A stretch of 64,000 nt of DNA from Anaerolineae bacterium (GCA_034437735.1 DAOTTS010000102.1:16333-80332), one strand, 5' to 3'; counted from the first letter of the stretch, positions 41,367 to 51,030 are shown. The notes: generated by a model not told the origin, from the sequence alone. Program-made: numbers and translations.

Positions 41367-41900
41367 TTAACCCTCCTCCATCAGCGCAAGGATCGAATAG
41401 AGGAGCTCCAACAGGACGTCCTTAACCGTCTCCTTGTCCTGAGCGACACACGGGACCACTTTGATCTCGGAATCCACCCGCAGGACGATGCGCATATCAT
41501 CCGCCGGCCACGCATCCTCCAGATCTTGCTTGTTGGCGGCGACGATGTAGGGTACCGGTGAGTAGCTGCGGAAGGTATCGAGAATACGGCGGGCCTCACG
41601 GAAGGTCTCGGGACGGGTGCTGTCAACCAGCACGACGAACCCTAACATACCCTCCGACAGAATCTCCCACATGAAATTGAACCGCTTCTGCCCAGGTGTA
41701 CCAAAAAGATAGAGGATCAACTCCTCATCAACCGTAATACGACCGAAATCCATCGCGACCGTGGTCTGATTCTTAATACGTTCAGAGGTTCGCGAGATTT
41801 TTCGCTCCGTGGACACGACGTCGATCTCACTGATAGCTTGGATAAATTCCGTTTTACCCGATGAAAAAGGGCCAGTTACAACGATCTTCAATGTCTGCAT
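41367..41900 (-). CDS. Small GTPase of the MglA / Streptomyces conservon CvnD-like family
   Basis: KIVVTGPFSSGKT (G1), TTVAMDFGRI (G2), LYLFGTPGQKRF (G3), ANKQD (G4). Confidence 0.9.
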   Translation of the reverse strand: MQTLKIVVTGPFSSGKTEFIQAISEIDVVSTERKISRTSERIKNQTTVAMDFGRITVDEELILYLFGTPGQKRFNFMWEILSEGMLGFVVLVDSTRPETFREARRILDTFRSYSPVPYIVAANKQDLEDAWPADDMRIVLRVDSEIKVVPCVAQDKETVKDVLLELLYSILALMEEG

Positions 41901-41903
41901 AGA

Positions 41904-42767
41904 TTACAACTCCCGGATACGGCGAATTAATTTATTGATAATGCCACGCTTGACCGCAGGACGATGCATCTCGGGTTTTGCCTGCTGTTGTTCAGATGCC
42001 CTGGCACGCTCCTCCTGCTCACCTTGGGGCGTTGCACTACCGGGTACGCTGCGGGGGCGATGAACGACTTCGACCAGCCCGGCTTGTAGCAGACCGTAAA
42101 CGATCTTACGAATCTGAAGCTCGTCCATATTATTATAATGCGCAATCTGACGGATCGAGTTACTGGGATTGATAAAGGAGATGACCCGCCACTCTTCCAC
42201 ACTAAGATTAATATCACGCAAAGGGGTCGTCGGGCGTTCGGCGAATTTGAGTGAAATATCGAGATCCGGCAGCTCATCCTGGAGCAGCTCCCACTCCTTA
42301 ACCCGCCGGCTCCCCTCCATAATCACATTTTCCAAGGCGATCGCCGCGGTCACCCGACCGCGAATGGGCAAGGTAGACGGCTCGAATCGGAAGCTTCCCT
42401 GTCGCCACGAAAAGATCTGATAAACCAGACTCAAGAAATGCTCGCGGACATTGCGCGCCACCTGCTGCTGTTCGAGACGACCGCTCGTGATGAGCACCTG
42501 CGCGATATCCCGGTCCGAGCGTCCGGGCATATTTTTCCGAATCGTCTGCACGTGCTCCGGCGTGAAGATACCGGCCCGTTGAAGAATCACCGGGAGATAC
42601 TCCTCGATGTCTTCAACCGACGCATAGATCAGCTTTCCCTCGCGAAAAGAAAGGAAAGCCTCTTTCTCCCCACCCTCCAAATAGAGCGTCCCGGTCTTCC
42701 GGGCCAGGTTGATGAGATTCAGCAATTGGGTGATCCCAAAATCCTCAAGCTTGCCTTTTAACGCCAT
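41904..42767 (-). CDS. DUF4388 (PATAN-like) domain protein with a probable C-terminal winged helix
   Basis: LKGKLEDFGITQLLNLINLARKTGTLYL...REGKLIYA and W..GSFRFEP...LENVIMEG.RR..EW. Confidence 0.82.
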   Translation of the reverse strand: MALKGKLEDFGITQLLNLINLARKTGTLYLEGGEKEAFLSFREGKLIYASVEDIEEYLPVILQRAGIFTPEHVQTIRKNMPGRSDRDIAQVLITSGRLEQQQVARNVREHFLSLVYQIFSWRQGSFRFEPSTLPIRGRVTAAIALENVIMEGSRRVKEWELLQDELPDLDISLKFAERPTTPLRDINLSVEEWRVISFINPSNSIRQIAHYNNMDELQIRKIVYGLLQAGLVEVVHRPRSVPGSATPQGEQEERARASEQQQAKPEMHRPAVKRGIINKLIRRIREL

Positions 42768-42979
42768 ATGCGACCATCCTTAATCTTTCGATCCTACGGT
42801 TAAGGTTGAGAACGAATCAAGATCCACGCCTGGGCCGACCCGACGTCCGTACGCTCAACACAACCCAGCCGTATTCAACGGTTCTCCTATACAATTGCGT
42901 CCCATTATAGGGAACTTAAGCCGTTCAGCAAATAAGTCCTATTTTCCGCTTGCATTCATCGATTATCGGGGGATAACCC

Positions 42980-44800
42980 TCATCCTGCCGGCACCCGTTT
43001 TAGCTGCTCGGACTGCTCCAAGATCTCCAGCGCCCCTTCTTCCGCGGCCGTACCGTGCGTGCCCAACATCTGCGCCAACTCCCAAACGCGGGCATCCCCC
43101 TCGATCTGCTTTACCTGCGTCACAGTCCTTCCCGAGACGACCTGCTTCATGACCCGGAAATGCGCATCGCCGAAGCCCGCCAATTGCGGCAAGTGCGTGA
43201 TACACATCACCTGATGGCAGAAGTCGTCAATGCCGGGGATCGCGGTCAACCGCCACAACTTCGTCCCCACAATCGCACCGATCCGTCCCCCGATTCCCTG
43301 ATCGATCTCATCAAAAATCAGCGTCGGCGTCCGGTCCTCGCGCGACAGGACCGTCTTCAGCGCTAACATCAACCGCGAAGTCTCACCTCCGGAGGCCGTC
43401 CGGGTCATGGACTGCAGCCCCTCACCCACGTTGGGAGCGACCAAGAATTCGACGCGATCCATCCCACTGGCGTCAAAGGCCACCTGAGATACCGGATCCT
43501 CCACGACAACCTCGGATCCCTCGCGGGTCACGGCCATCCGAGACGGACGCTGCGCATCCAGAGCGAGGCCCTCCGGATCGGGGGCCCACTCAAACGCAAT
43601 ACCGAACTGCGCACCGGTCATCCGCAGATCCTGCAACTCAGCCTCGACCCGGGCCGCCAGCTCGGCTGCGGCGGCCTGTCGTTTCTCAGACAGATCCAAG
43701 CAGCGCGTGGAACAGACCGCGAGGAGCTCCTGTTCCCGAGCCTGCAGATCCGCGATCCGCTCATCGCTATGTTCGAGCGAATGGAGCTCCGCTTCCGCCT
43801 CTGCCGCATATCGGAGAATATCCTCGGCCGACCCACCATACTTGCGCTCCAGCCGGCGCAAATCCCGCAGCCGCCCCTGGACCTGAGCGAGACGCCGGGG
43901 CTCAAACTCGATCTCCTCCTGATAATCCCTGAGCTTCCGCGCCACGTCTTCCAAACGGTATATGGCATCCTCAAGCTCGGTCAAGGCCCCTTCCTGGGTC
44001 GCGTCGATGCGAGCCAGTCCCGCGAGATCCCGCTGGCAGAGGCCGAGGAGATCGAGAATACCCGGCATCCGATCCTCCCCCTCATCAAGACGCTCAATCA
44101 AGCCGGCCGTCATCGACATCAACTCCTCGGCGTGATTAAGACGCACCAGCTCCGCTTCCAAGTCCTCCATCTCTCCCGACGACAACTCGGCGGCACGAAT
44201 CTCCCGTACCTGGAAACGGAGAAGGTCAATGCGCTGCATACGCGCCCGCTCGTTGTCGAGCAAGTCACGCAGCTCAGCCCGGACGCGCTGAATCTCATTG
44301 ACGACGGCACGGACCTCATTACGAATCTGTATCGTGCCGGCGAAATCATCGAGAAGATTCAGGTGCTCGCGAACGCGCAGCAAGCTCAAGTGCTCCCCCT
44401 GTCCATGGATATCCACCAATCCCTGGGCAACCTCGCGCATCACGGATACCGAGGCGACGCGACCATTGACCCGGGCAACCGACCGCCCGGTACTTCGCAG
44501 TTCTCGAGAGAGCCACAGGGTATCCACCACGTCGCCCTCCAAGCCCTCCCGCTCAAGCATTGGCGCCAGGGAGGCCTGGAGTCCCGGGGAAAGAAGAAAC
44601 ATTCCCTCAATCCTGGCTCGTTCAGTACCCGTACGGATCTGTGAGGTGTCCGCACGGCTCCCCAACAGCAACGCCACCGCGTCGATCAAAATCGATTTAC
44701 CCGCACCGGTCTCGCCGGTGAGGATATTCAGCCCACGCTCCAACGTGAGATGCAAATCGTCAATAATTGCAAAATCTTTGATATGCAGTTCTTTCAACAT
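42980..44800 (-). CDS. recN: DNA repair protein RecN
   Basis: LTGETGAGKSILIDA, LVDIHGQ, ASGGETSRLMLALK, LIFDEIDQGIGG, ITHLPQ. Confidence 0.96.
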   Translation of the reverse strand: MLKELHIKDFAIIDDLHLTLERGLNILTGETGAGKSILIDAVALLLGSRADTSQIRTGTERARIEGMFLLSPGLQASLAPMLEREGLEGDVVDTLWLSRELRSTGRSVARVNGRVASVSVMREVAQGLVDIHGQGEHLSLLRVREHLNLLDDFAGTIQIRNEVRAVVNEIQRVRAELRDLLDNERARMQRIDLLRFQVREIRAAELSSGEMEDLEAELVRLNHAEELMSMTAGLIERLDEGEDRMPGILDLLGLCQRDLAGLARIDATQEGALTELEDAIYRLEDVARKLRDYQEEIEFEPRRLAQVQGRLRDLRRLERKYGGSAEDILRYAAEAEAELHSLEHSDERIADLQAREQELLAVCSTRCLDLSEKRQAAAAELAARVEAELQDLRMTGAQFGIAFEWAPDPEGLALDAQRPSRMAVTREGSEVVVEDPVSQVAFDASGMDRVEFLVAPNVGEGLQSMTRTASGGETSRLMLALKTVLSREDRTPTLIFDEIDQGIGGRIGAIVGTKLWRLTAIPGIDDFCHQVMCITHLPQLAGFGDAHFRVMKQVVSGRTVTQVKQIEGDARVWELAQMLGTHGTAAEEGALEILEQSEQLKRVPAG

Positions 44801-44828
44801 ATCTCACCGACATATCTCACCGACATAT
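44798..44828. repeat. 13-bp tandem duplication of the recN RBS and start codon
   Basis: CATATCTCACCGA at 44798-44810 and 44811-44823, then CATAT. Confidence 0.9.
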
Positions 44829-45312
44829 TCCACTAACATACCCCACTCGATCTCCGAGCTAAAGAAGTCCGTTATGCTGTCTGGAAAATTCTGGTTAGCA
44901 ATGTTAGTGTTTAAGAAAGGCAATTCCACCCCCGAATCACCCCGAGAATATATGAAACCGCTAGGAAATCAAACCGGCGTAAGTCTATTATAACTCTATT
45001 TCTGTAAATGTTAGTTAAACGTTAGACACCCTGATGGATCCCCAGTAGCGCTGACTTGACAGCAATGGTATACTAAGATTAGGTTTAATTACTCTAACTT
45101 TAACACAAATTTACGTAAAGATAAGGTATATAATGTAGGGAGTGATCATTGACTAGGATCACGTGAGTCGAACTGAAAAGAGAAAGGCGCCCATGAACCC
45201 CTAAACCGACCGATTTTTGAAACTTTCAGCCTCAAATACCGAGATTGATAGCTTTTGGGAGAGTCTCTGTGCTATGATTGAGAAGTCTGCAAGCCAAAAA
45301 GGAGTTGCCAGC

Positions 45313-46599
45313 GTGCCTGTGAAGATCAACTCGCGCCTGAGTGGTTTTTATAATTTGCCGATCAGGAAGAGAATATCAATTATATCTGAGCAAGCGCGCC
45401 TGACCCCAAAAGAGACCGCAACGCTATCCCACGCGATGGACGTTGCACACGCGGATCCGATGATTGAAAACACCATCGGCATCCACGCCCTTCCGCTGGG
45501 CATCGCGACGTATTTCAGGGTCAATAGGCGCGACGTGCTCGTCCCGATGGTCATCGAGGAACCTTCGGTGGTCGCAGGGGCCTCGCTGGCTGCCAAACTG
45601 GTCCGCACCGGCGGCGGTTTCACGGCGGAGGCCGATCCCCCGGTGATGATTGGGCAGATTCAGCTGATGGATCTCAAGGATCCGGAGGCCGCACGCATGG
45701 ACGTGCTCGCCCATGAGGCGGAACTCCTGACCCTCGCCGACGAGGTCGATCCCGTGCTGGTTGAACTGGGGGGAGGAGCCCAGTCGGTCGAGGCACGCGT
45801 GATCGACGCCCCCTCGGGCACGATGCTGATTGTGCATCTGCTCTACGACGTCAGGGATGCGATGGGGGCCAATGCCGTCAACACCGCATGCGAGCGGCTG
45901 GCCCCGGTGCTGGAAGGCATCACCGGAGGGCGCGCCTACCTCCGCATTCTGAGCAACCTGGCCGACCGACGACTGGCCCGCGCCGAGGTCTCCATCCCCG
46001 AGCAAGCCCTGGCCTTCAAGGACTACACCGGCGCGGAGGTGGCGGAGGGGATCGAGCGCGCCTGGGCGTTCGCGGCAAGCGATCCCTACCGCGCGACAAC
46101 CCACAACAAGGGCATTATGAACGGGATCGATGCGGTGGTGCTCGCCACCGGCAATGATTGGCGCGCGATCGAGGCCGGCGCCCACGCCTATGCGGCCCGC
46201 GACGGCGCGTACACCAGCTTGAGCACGTGGCATCGCGATGGCAACGGCCACCTGCTGGGCAGTCTGGAGGTCCCGCTGGCCCTGGGGATCATCGGAGGCG
46301 CCACACGCGTCCATCCGACGGCCCAGGTATCCCTTAAAATTCTGAACGTCGAGACGGCCCAAGCGCTCGCAGAGATCGTGGTGAGCGTGGGGCTGGCCCA
46401 GAACCTGGCGGCGATCCGGGCCCTGGCAACCGAGGGCATCCAACGCGGCCATATGCGCCTCCACGCTCGCCAGGTCGCCATGGCCGCAGGGGCCACAGGC
46501 GACAAAATCGGTGAGGTCGCCAGATGGCTGATTCAGGATGACAACGTCCGCATCGACTATGCCCGACGCTTACTCGATGATACCTTGGAGGATCGCTAA
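45313..46599 (+). CDS. mvaA: Class II HMG-CoA reductase
   Basis: SRLSGFY, ENTIG, EEPSVVAG, DAMGAN, THNKGIMNG, GHMRLH. GTG start chosen after GGAG at 45301. Confidence 0.92.
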   Translation: MPVKINSRLSGFYNLPIRKRISIISEQARLTPKETATLSHAMDVAHADPMIENTIGIHALPLGIATYFRVNRRDVLVPMVIEEPSVVAGASLAAKLVRTGGGFTAEADPPVMIGQIQLMDLKDPEAARMDVLAHEAELLTLADEVDPVLVELGGGAQSVEARVIDAPSGTMLIVHLLYDVRDAMGANAVNTACERLAPVLEGITGGRAYLRILSNLADRRLARAEVSIPEQALAFKDYTGAEVAEGIERAWAFAASDPYRATTHNKGIMNGIDAVVLATGNDWRAIEAGAHAYAARDGAYTSLSTWHRDGNGHLLGSLEVPLALGIIGGATRVHPTAQVSLKILNVETAQALAEIVVSVGLAQNLAAIRALATEGIQRGHMRLHARQVAMAAGATGDKIGEVARWLIQDDNVRIDYARRLLDDTLEDR

Positions 46600-46677
46600 G
46601 CCCATGTCTCGACAATCCTTGCGACCTTTCGATCTGGTTCTTTTGACACCTGCAACGGCTGCGATAAGGAGGCCCGT

Positions 46678-47736
46678 GTGAACACCACCCATCTGATGAA
46701 AACTCAACGCGATACGGGCATCATCGGCTACGGATCTTATATCCCTATGTACCGCCTGCCCAACGCCGAGATCGCCCGCGTCTGGTCCGGTCGGGACGGC
46801 GGCCCGGTCGAGGAAAAAGCAGTCGCCGGACTGGATGAGGATACCGTGACCATCGCCATCGAGGCCGCACGGAACGCCATGACCCGAGCCGACATCGCCC
46901 CTTCCGCCCTGCGAGGCATCTGGGTGGGCAGCGAGTCCCATCCCTACGCCGTGAAACCCTCCTCCACCCTGGTAGGCGAGGCGCTGGGCGCGACGCCGTA
47001 TCTGTTGGCTGCCGACTTCGAATTTGCCTGCAAAGCCGGCAGCGAGGCCATGCAGGCCGCCACCGGGCTGGTCGGATCCGGGATGGGAGACTACGCCCTG
47101 GCGATCGGGGCTGACACGGCCCAGGCCCGCCCCGGCGATGCCCTGGAATACACAGCCGCCAGCGGGGGCAGCGCGTTTGTTATCGGACCTGCGGATGAAG
47201 CGCTGGCCGTCTGTCAGGGATCGGTCTCCTATGCCACGGACACCCCGGACTTCTGGCGGCGCGCTCATCAGCACTATCCGCGGCACGGCGGCCGCTTCAC
47301 GGGGGAACCCGCCTACTTCCACCACATTCAATCCGCGACCGAGGCCCTATTGGAGGCCCTGGATCTGCACCCTGACGATTTCGACTACGCCATCTTCCAC
47401 CAGCCCAACCTCAAGTTCCCGCAACGGGTGGCGCGCCGGCTGGGATTCACCGCCGAGCAGATCGAACCCGGCTTGTTGAGCGGCGCCATCGGCAACACGT
47501 ACGCCGCGGCAGCGATCACCGGACTCTCCGCCACCTTGGACGTCGCGCAGCCCGGCGACCGGATCCTGATGACCAGCTTCGGCTCTGGAGCCGGTTCCGA
47601 CGCGTTCGTCTGGCACGTGACCGAGGCGATCACTACGAGGCGAGACCGAGCGCCGAGCGTACGGTCCTATATCGAGCGGCGGGTGGAGATCGATTACGCA
47701 CTCTACGCCCGCTATCGAGGCAAACTGAGGCTTTAG
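46678..47736 (+). CDS. HMG-CoA synthase, archaeal type
   Basis: [32 protein letters not shown] (catalytic Cys), TPDFWRR, FHQPN.KFP, GNTY. Confidence 0.9.
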   Translation: MNTTHLMKTQRDTGIIGYGSYIPMYRLPNAEIARVWSGRDGGPVEEKAVAGLDEDTVTIAIEAARNAMTRADIAPSALRGIWVGSESHPYAVKPSSTLVGEALGATPYLLAADFEFACKAGSEAMQAATGLVGSGMGDYALAIGADTAQARPGDALEYTAASGGSAFVIGPADEALAVCQGSVSYATDTPDFWRRAHQHYPRHGGRFTGEPAYFHHIQSATEALLEALDLHPDDFDYAIFHQPNLKFPQRVARRLGFTAEQIEPGLLSGAIGNTYAAAAITGLSATLDVAQPGDRILMTSFGSGAGSDAFVWHVTEAITTRRDRAPSVRSYIERRVEIDYALYARYRGKLRL

Positions 47737-47753
47737 GGTCTGTTAGCTACGCC

Positions 47754-47772
47754 GCCCCCGAGACGGGGGCTG
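47754..47772. repeat. Short intergenic palindrome, second copy of 30141-30159
   Basis: GCCCCCGAGACGGGGGCTG. Confidence 0.7.
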
Positions 47773-47930
47773 GGAGCGCCAGCAGTTCCCTGTTCTATCG
47801 GGGCTTTGAAGCATAGGGGGCCTTGTAAAAACCATCCGCGAGGACGGGGAGCGTTTTTTTAGAGGACTAAGACGGGATGAGGACACGACGATCATACGCG
47901 CGCCAACACGAGTGGAGGAGAGCCTAAGGT

Positions 47931-49088
47931 ATGCGAGACGTTGCTATTATTGGAGTCGGCCAGACGCCGGTCGATGAGCATTGGACCACCGGCATCCGGC
48001 ACCTGATGCTGGGTGCGGCGATGAACGCCCTTAAGGACGCCAACATCGAGGAGGTCGACGCCGTTTACGTCGGCAATATGCTGTCCGGCGAGATCGCCGG
48101 GCAGTCCCATCTCGGTGCGCTGGCCGTCGATTTTATGGGGATGAGCGGGGTCGAGGCCTACAAGGTCGAGGCCGCCTGCGCCTCCGGAGCCTCCGCGCTC
48201 CGGGTCGGGTATATGGGCGTCGCCAGCGGGCTCATCGATCTGGCTTTGATCCTGGGCGTCGAGAAGATGACCGACACCTCGGGGCGACGGACGACGGCCG
48301 CGCTGGCCGCAGCGGCCGACGCGGAATACGAGGTCAGCCAGGGCATATCCTTTGTGGCCCTGAACGCCCTGCTGATGCGCCGGTACATGCACGAGTTCGG
48401 GTGGGCTCACGAAGACTTCGCCCATTTCGCGATCAACGCGCACGCCAACGGGATCCACAATCCGAACGCGATGTTCCAACGCGCCATCAGCGCGGCGTCC
48501 TACGCCCGCGCGCCGATGATTGCCACCCCGGTGAGTCTCTTTGACGCCTCCCCGGTCTGCGACGGCGCAGCCGCCGTCGTGCTGGCCCCGGCGGCCTACG
48601 CGCGCACCCTGAGCCCGGCGCCGGTCAAGATTCTGGCTTCGGCGGTAGGAACGGCCCCCTTAGCCGTTCACGACCGGCCCGATCCGATGGTGCTGGAAGC
48701 CGGCGTCCTCTCCTCCGGCAAGGCCTACGAACAGGCGGGGATCGAGCCGTGGGACGTGGATTTCTTCGAGCTGCATGACGCGTTTACGATTATGGCCGCG
48801 CTCAGCCTGGAAGCCAGTGGGTTCGCGGACAGGGGACAGGGTATCCGGATGGCCTTGGAGGGTGAGATCACCAAGGACGGCAAGCTGCCCATCTGCACAA
48901 TGGGGGGACTGAAAGCTCGCGGGCACCCGGTCGGCGCGACCGGGCTCTATCAAATCGTCGAGTCTGTGCTCCAGCTACGGGGATTGGCCGGGGAGAACCA
49001 GATACCCGATGCCGAGCTGGGGATGGCTCAGAACATCGGCGGGAGCGGGGCCACCATTATTACGCATATTTTGGAATCGATGGTCTGA
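47931..49088 (+). CDS. Acetyl-CoA acetyltransferase (archaeal / SCP2-type thiolase)
   Basis: VEAACASG, ELHDAF, GHPVGATG, QNIGGSG. Confidence 0.9.
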   Translation: MRDVAIIGVGQTPVDEHWTTGIRHLMLGAAMNALKDANIEEVDAVYVGNMLSGEIAGQSHLGALAVDFMGMSGVEAYKVEAACASGASALRVGYMGVASGLIDLALILGVEKMTDTSGRRTTAALAAAADAEYEVSQGISFVALNALLMRRYMHEFGWAHEDFAHFAINAHANGIHNPNAMFQRAISAASYARAPMIATPVSLFDASPVCDGAAAVVLAPAAYARTLSPAPVKILASAVGTAPLAVHDRPDPMVLEAGVLSSGKAYEQAGIEPWDVDFFELHDAFTIMAALSLEASGFADRGQGIRMALEGEITKDGKLPICTMGGLKARGHPVGATGLYQIVESVLQLRGLAGENQIPDAELGMAQNIGGSGATIITHILESMV

Positions 49089-49170
49089 GATTCTCAAACG
49101 AATCAGAGGACAGCATTGTCATTATGGACGATCAAGTATCCAATTGAACGATCAGAAAAGGAGAGGACCT

Positions 49171-49584
49171 ATGAGCTCTCGAGTTGTGAACGATTGGCGA
49201 CTGCGAGGTCAACGGTACCGATTGGAAGGTGAAGTTTGCGATCACTGCGGGGAGGTCGTCTTTCCCCCGCGCGATATTTGCCCGGCATGCAAGCAGCCGG
49301 CGAAAGAGCCGCACACGTTGAGTGGGCGGGGGGAAGTTTACTCATTCAGCACCGTTTACAGCGCACCGGAGGGGTTCGAAACCTATACCCCCTACACCGT
49401 GGCCCTGATCCACCTGGAAGAGGGACCAATGGTGACCGCGCAGTTGACCGACGTGGCCCCCGATGACGTTCAAATCGGCATGCCCGTCGAGATGGTCACC
49501 CGGCGCTTGCAGGCCCAGGGCGACGAAGGAATCATTAACTACGGGTACAAGTTCCGACCCCGATTGGCCACCGGCGCGGACTAG
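49171..49584 (+). CDS. DUF35 Zn-ribbon/OB-fold thiolase scaffold
   Basis: CDHCG...FPPR.ICP.C, G.GEVYSFSTV, PY.VALI.LEEGP.VTAQLTD; AGGAGAGG RBS before ATG 49171. Confidence 0.9.
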   Translation: MSSRVVNDWRLRGQRYRLEGEVCDHCGEVVFPPRDICPACKQPAKEPHTLSGRGEVYSFSTVYSAPEGFETYTPYTVALIHLEEGPMVTAQLTDVAPDDVQIGMPVEMVTRRLQAQGDEGIINYGYKFRPRLATGAD

Positions 49585-49638
49585 GCGATAACGTCTGGGG
49601 GACTGTCTGGCGGGATTGTCTGGCAGGAGCGAGGCGTT

Positions 49639-49995
49639 CTAAGATCGAGACCTTTCGATTTTCGAACTGCCTTGCTCCTGTGAGGTGGCTTGCAGCTGCG
49701 CCGGTCGCGGCGGATAACGCCAGATCAGTTCCCGCAAGTGGTCGAAGAAGTAGCGGTAATTGTCCCAGGAGACATCCGGGGGCACCCCGTGGTCAAGGCC
49801 GGGCACGTAGCGTCCCTGCTCCAGCATATAAGAAACCTTCTCAAGCTCCTTATCGATAGCCTCCCGGCCGTGGGCTAAGGCGAACTTATCCAGTCCCCCC
49901 ATCATGCCCACATGGGGATATTGACGTCGCACCTCGGTGATGTCGAGGCCGAATTGTGTCTCCCAAGGGAAGATAATCGTAATTCCCCCCCACGA
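49639..49995 (-). pseudogene. 5'-truncated remnant of a uroporphyrinogen-decarboxylase / cobalamin methyltransferase family gene
   Basis: Hand translation GGITIIFPWETQFGLDITEVRRQYPHVGMMGGLDK...YVPGLDHGVPPDVSWDNY matches the family C-terminus. Only about 120 codons fit before the dehydrogenase stop, with no credible start. Confidence 0.7.
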
Positions 49996-50007
49996 TCTTG
50001 CTCTTCC

Positions 50008-51030
50008 CTAATCCAACTCGATCATCACCTTCATATACTTACCCTCTGACGCCTCGATGGCTTCATAGGCATCGAGGTAATCCTTGAAGTCAAAGCGATG
50101 GGTGACCATCGGATCAAGGTCCATCTTGCCGCTCGCGACCAGCTCGATGGCACGCGCATAGTCCGATCTCTGATACATCAACGTGCCGGCCAGGTTGAGC
50201 TCGTGGTCCTGGACGAGGCCCAGGTCGACCCTCGGCTTCTCGCCGAACACCCCGACGACGACGATGGTCGTGCCCTTGCGCGCGTTCTCGATCGCCTGAT
50301 CGATGGTCTCCTGCGCGCCCACACACTCCAGAATCAGGTCGGCACGGTCGGGACCGAAGATGCGCAGGATCGCCTCCCCAAGATCCTCCCGCCGGGTGTT
50401 GATGCCGTGCTCAAGGCCACACGCCTTCGCCTTGTCCAGCTTATAATCACTGATATCCGTGTTGATGACCCCAGCTGCTCCGGAGGCCTTGGCGACCTGG
50501 CCGACCAGATTGCCGATCGTACCGGATCCAAGCACCACGACCTTCTTACCCTTGACGTCCCCACCACGCCGCAGGGCGTGCACCGCAACCGAGATCGGTT
50601 CGATCATCGCGGCCTCGTCGATGGAGACCGACGGCGGGATTTTCAGCACCTTCTCGGCAGAAACCGGGAAATACTCCGAGGCCGCCCCGGTTGTCTGGAA
50701 TCCCATCACCTTGAGCGAATCACAGATGTGGTAATCGCCGTGCCGGCACTGATAGCACGTCTCGTCGACGACCTGAGGCGTGAACGTCACCATATCCCCA
50801 ACCTCAAAATCCTGCACCGCATTCCCTGTCTCTGCGATGACCCCCGAGACCTCGTGGCCCTGAACGACCGGGTAACTGGTATACGGGTGCGTCCCATGGT
50901 AGACGTGGATGTCCGACCCGCAGATGCCGAGGCGCATCACCTCAACGAGGACCTCGTCATCCCCGATCTCCGGCTTCTCAACCTCACGGAACTCGATCTT
51001 GCCGGGTTCTGTCATCACTGCTTGCAACAT
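50008..51030 (-). CDS. Zn-dependent polyol/sugar dehydrogenase (MDR family)
   Basis: GICGSDIH, GHEVSG, structural Zn loop D..C..C...C, GSGTIG. Confidence 0.9.
   Translation of the reverse strand: MLQAVMTEPGKIEFREVEKPEIGDDEVLVEVMRLGICGSDIHVYHGTHPYTSYPVVQGHEVSGVIAETGNAVQDFEVGDMVTFTPQVVDETCYQCRHGDYHICDSLKVMGFQTTGAASEYFPVSAEKVLKIPPSVSIDEAAMIEPISVAVHALRRGGDVKGKKVVVLGSGTIGNLVGQVAKASGAAGVINTDISDYKLDKAKACGLEHGINTRREDLGEAILRIFGPDRADLILECVGAQETIDQAIENARKGTTIVVVGVFGEKPRVDLGLVQDHELNLAGTLMYQRSDYARAIELVASGKMDLDPMVTHRFDFKDYLDAYEAIEASEGKYMKVMIELD

Noticed and set aside
44830-45216. LexA/SOS box or a defined promoter upstream of recN or mvaA
   Set aside because: No GAAC-N4-GTTC or CTG-N10-CAG box was recognised. 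TTGACA (45056) and TATAAT (45129) are not correctly spaced, and the TTTACGTAAA palindrome (45110-45119) alone is insufficient.
46678-49584. PhlABC (2,4-diacetylphloroglucinol) acyltransferase cluster
   Set aside because: Same three families, but the HMGS keeps its catalytic Cys (FACKAG), an HMG-CoA reductase is adjacent, and no type III PKS (phlD) is present; the mevalonate pathway fits better.
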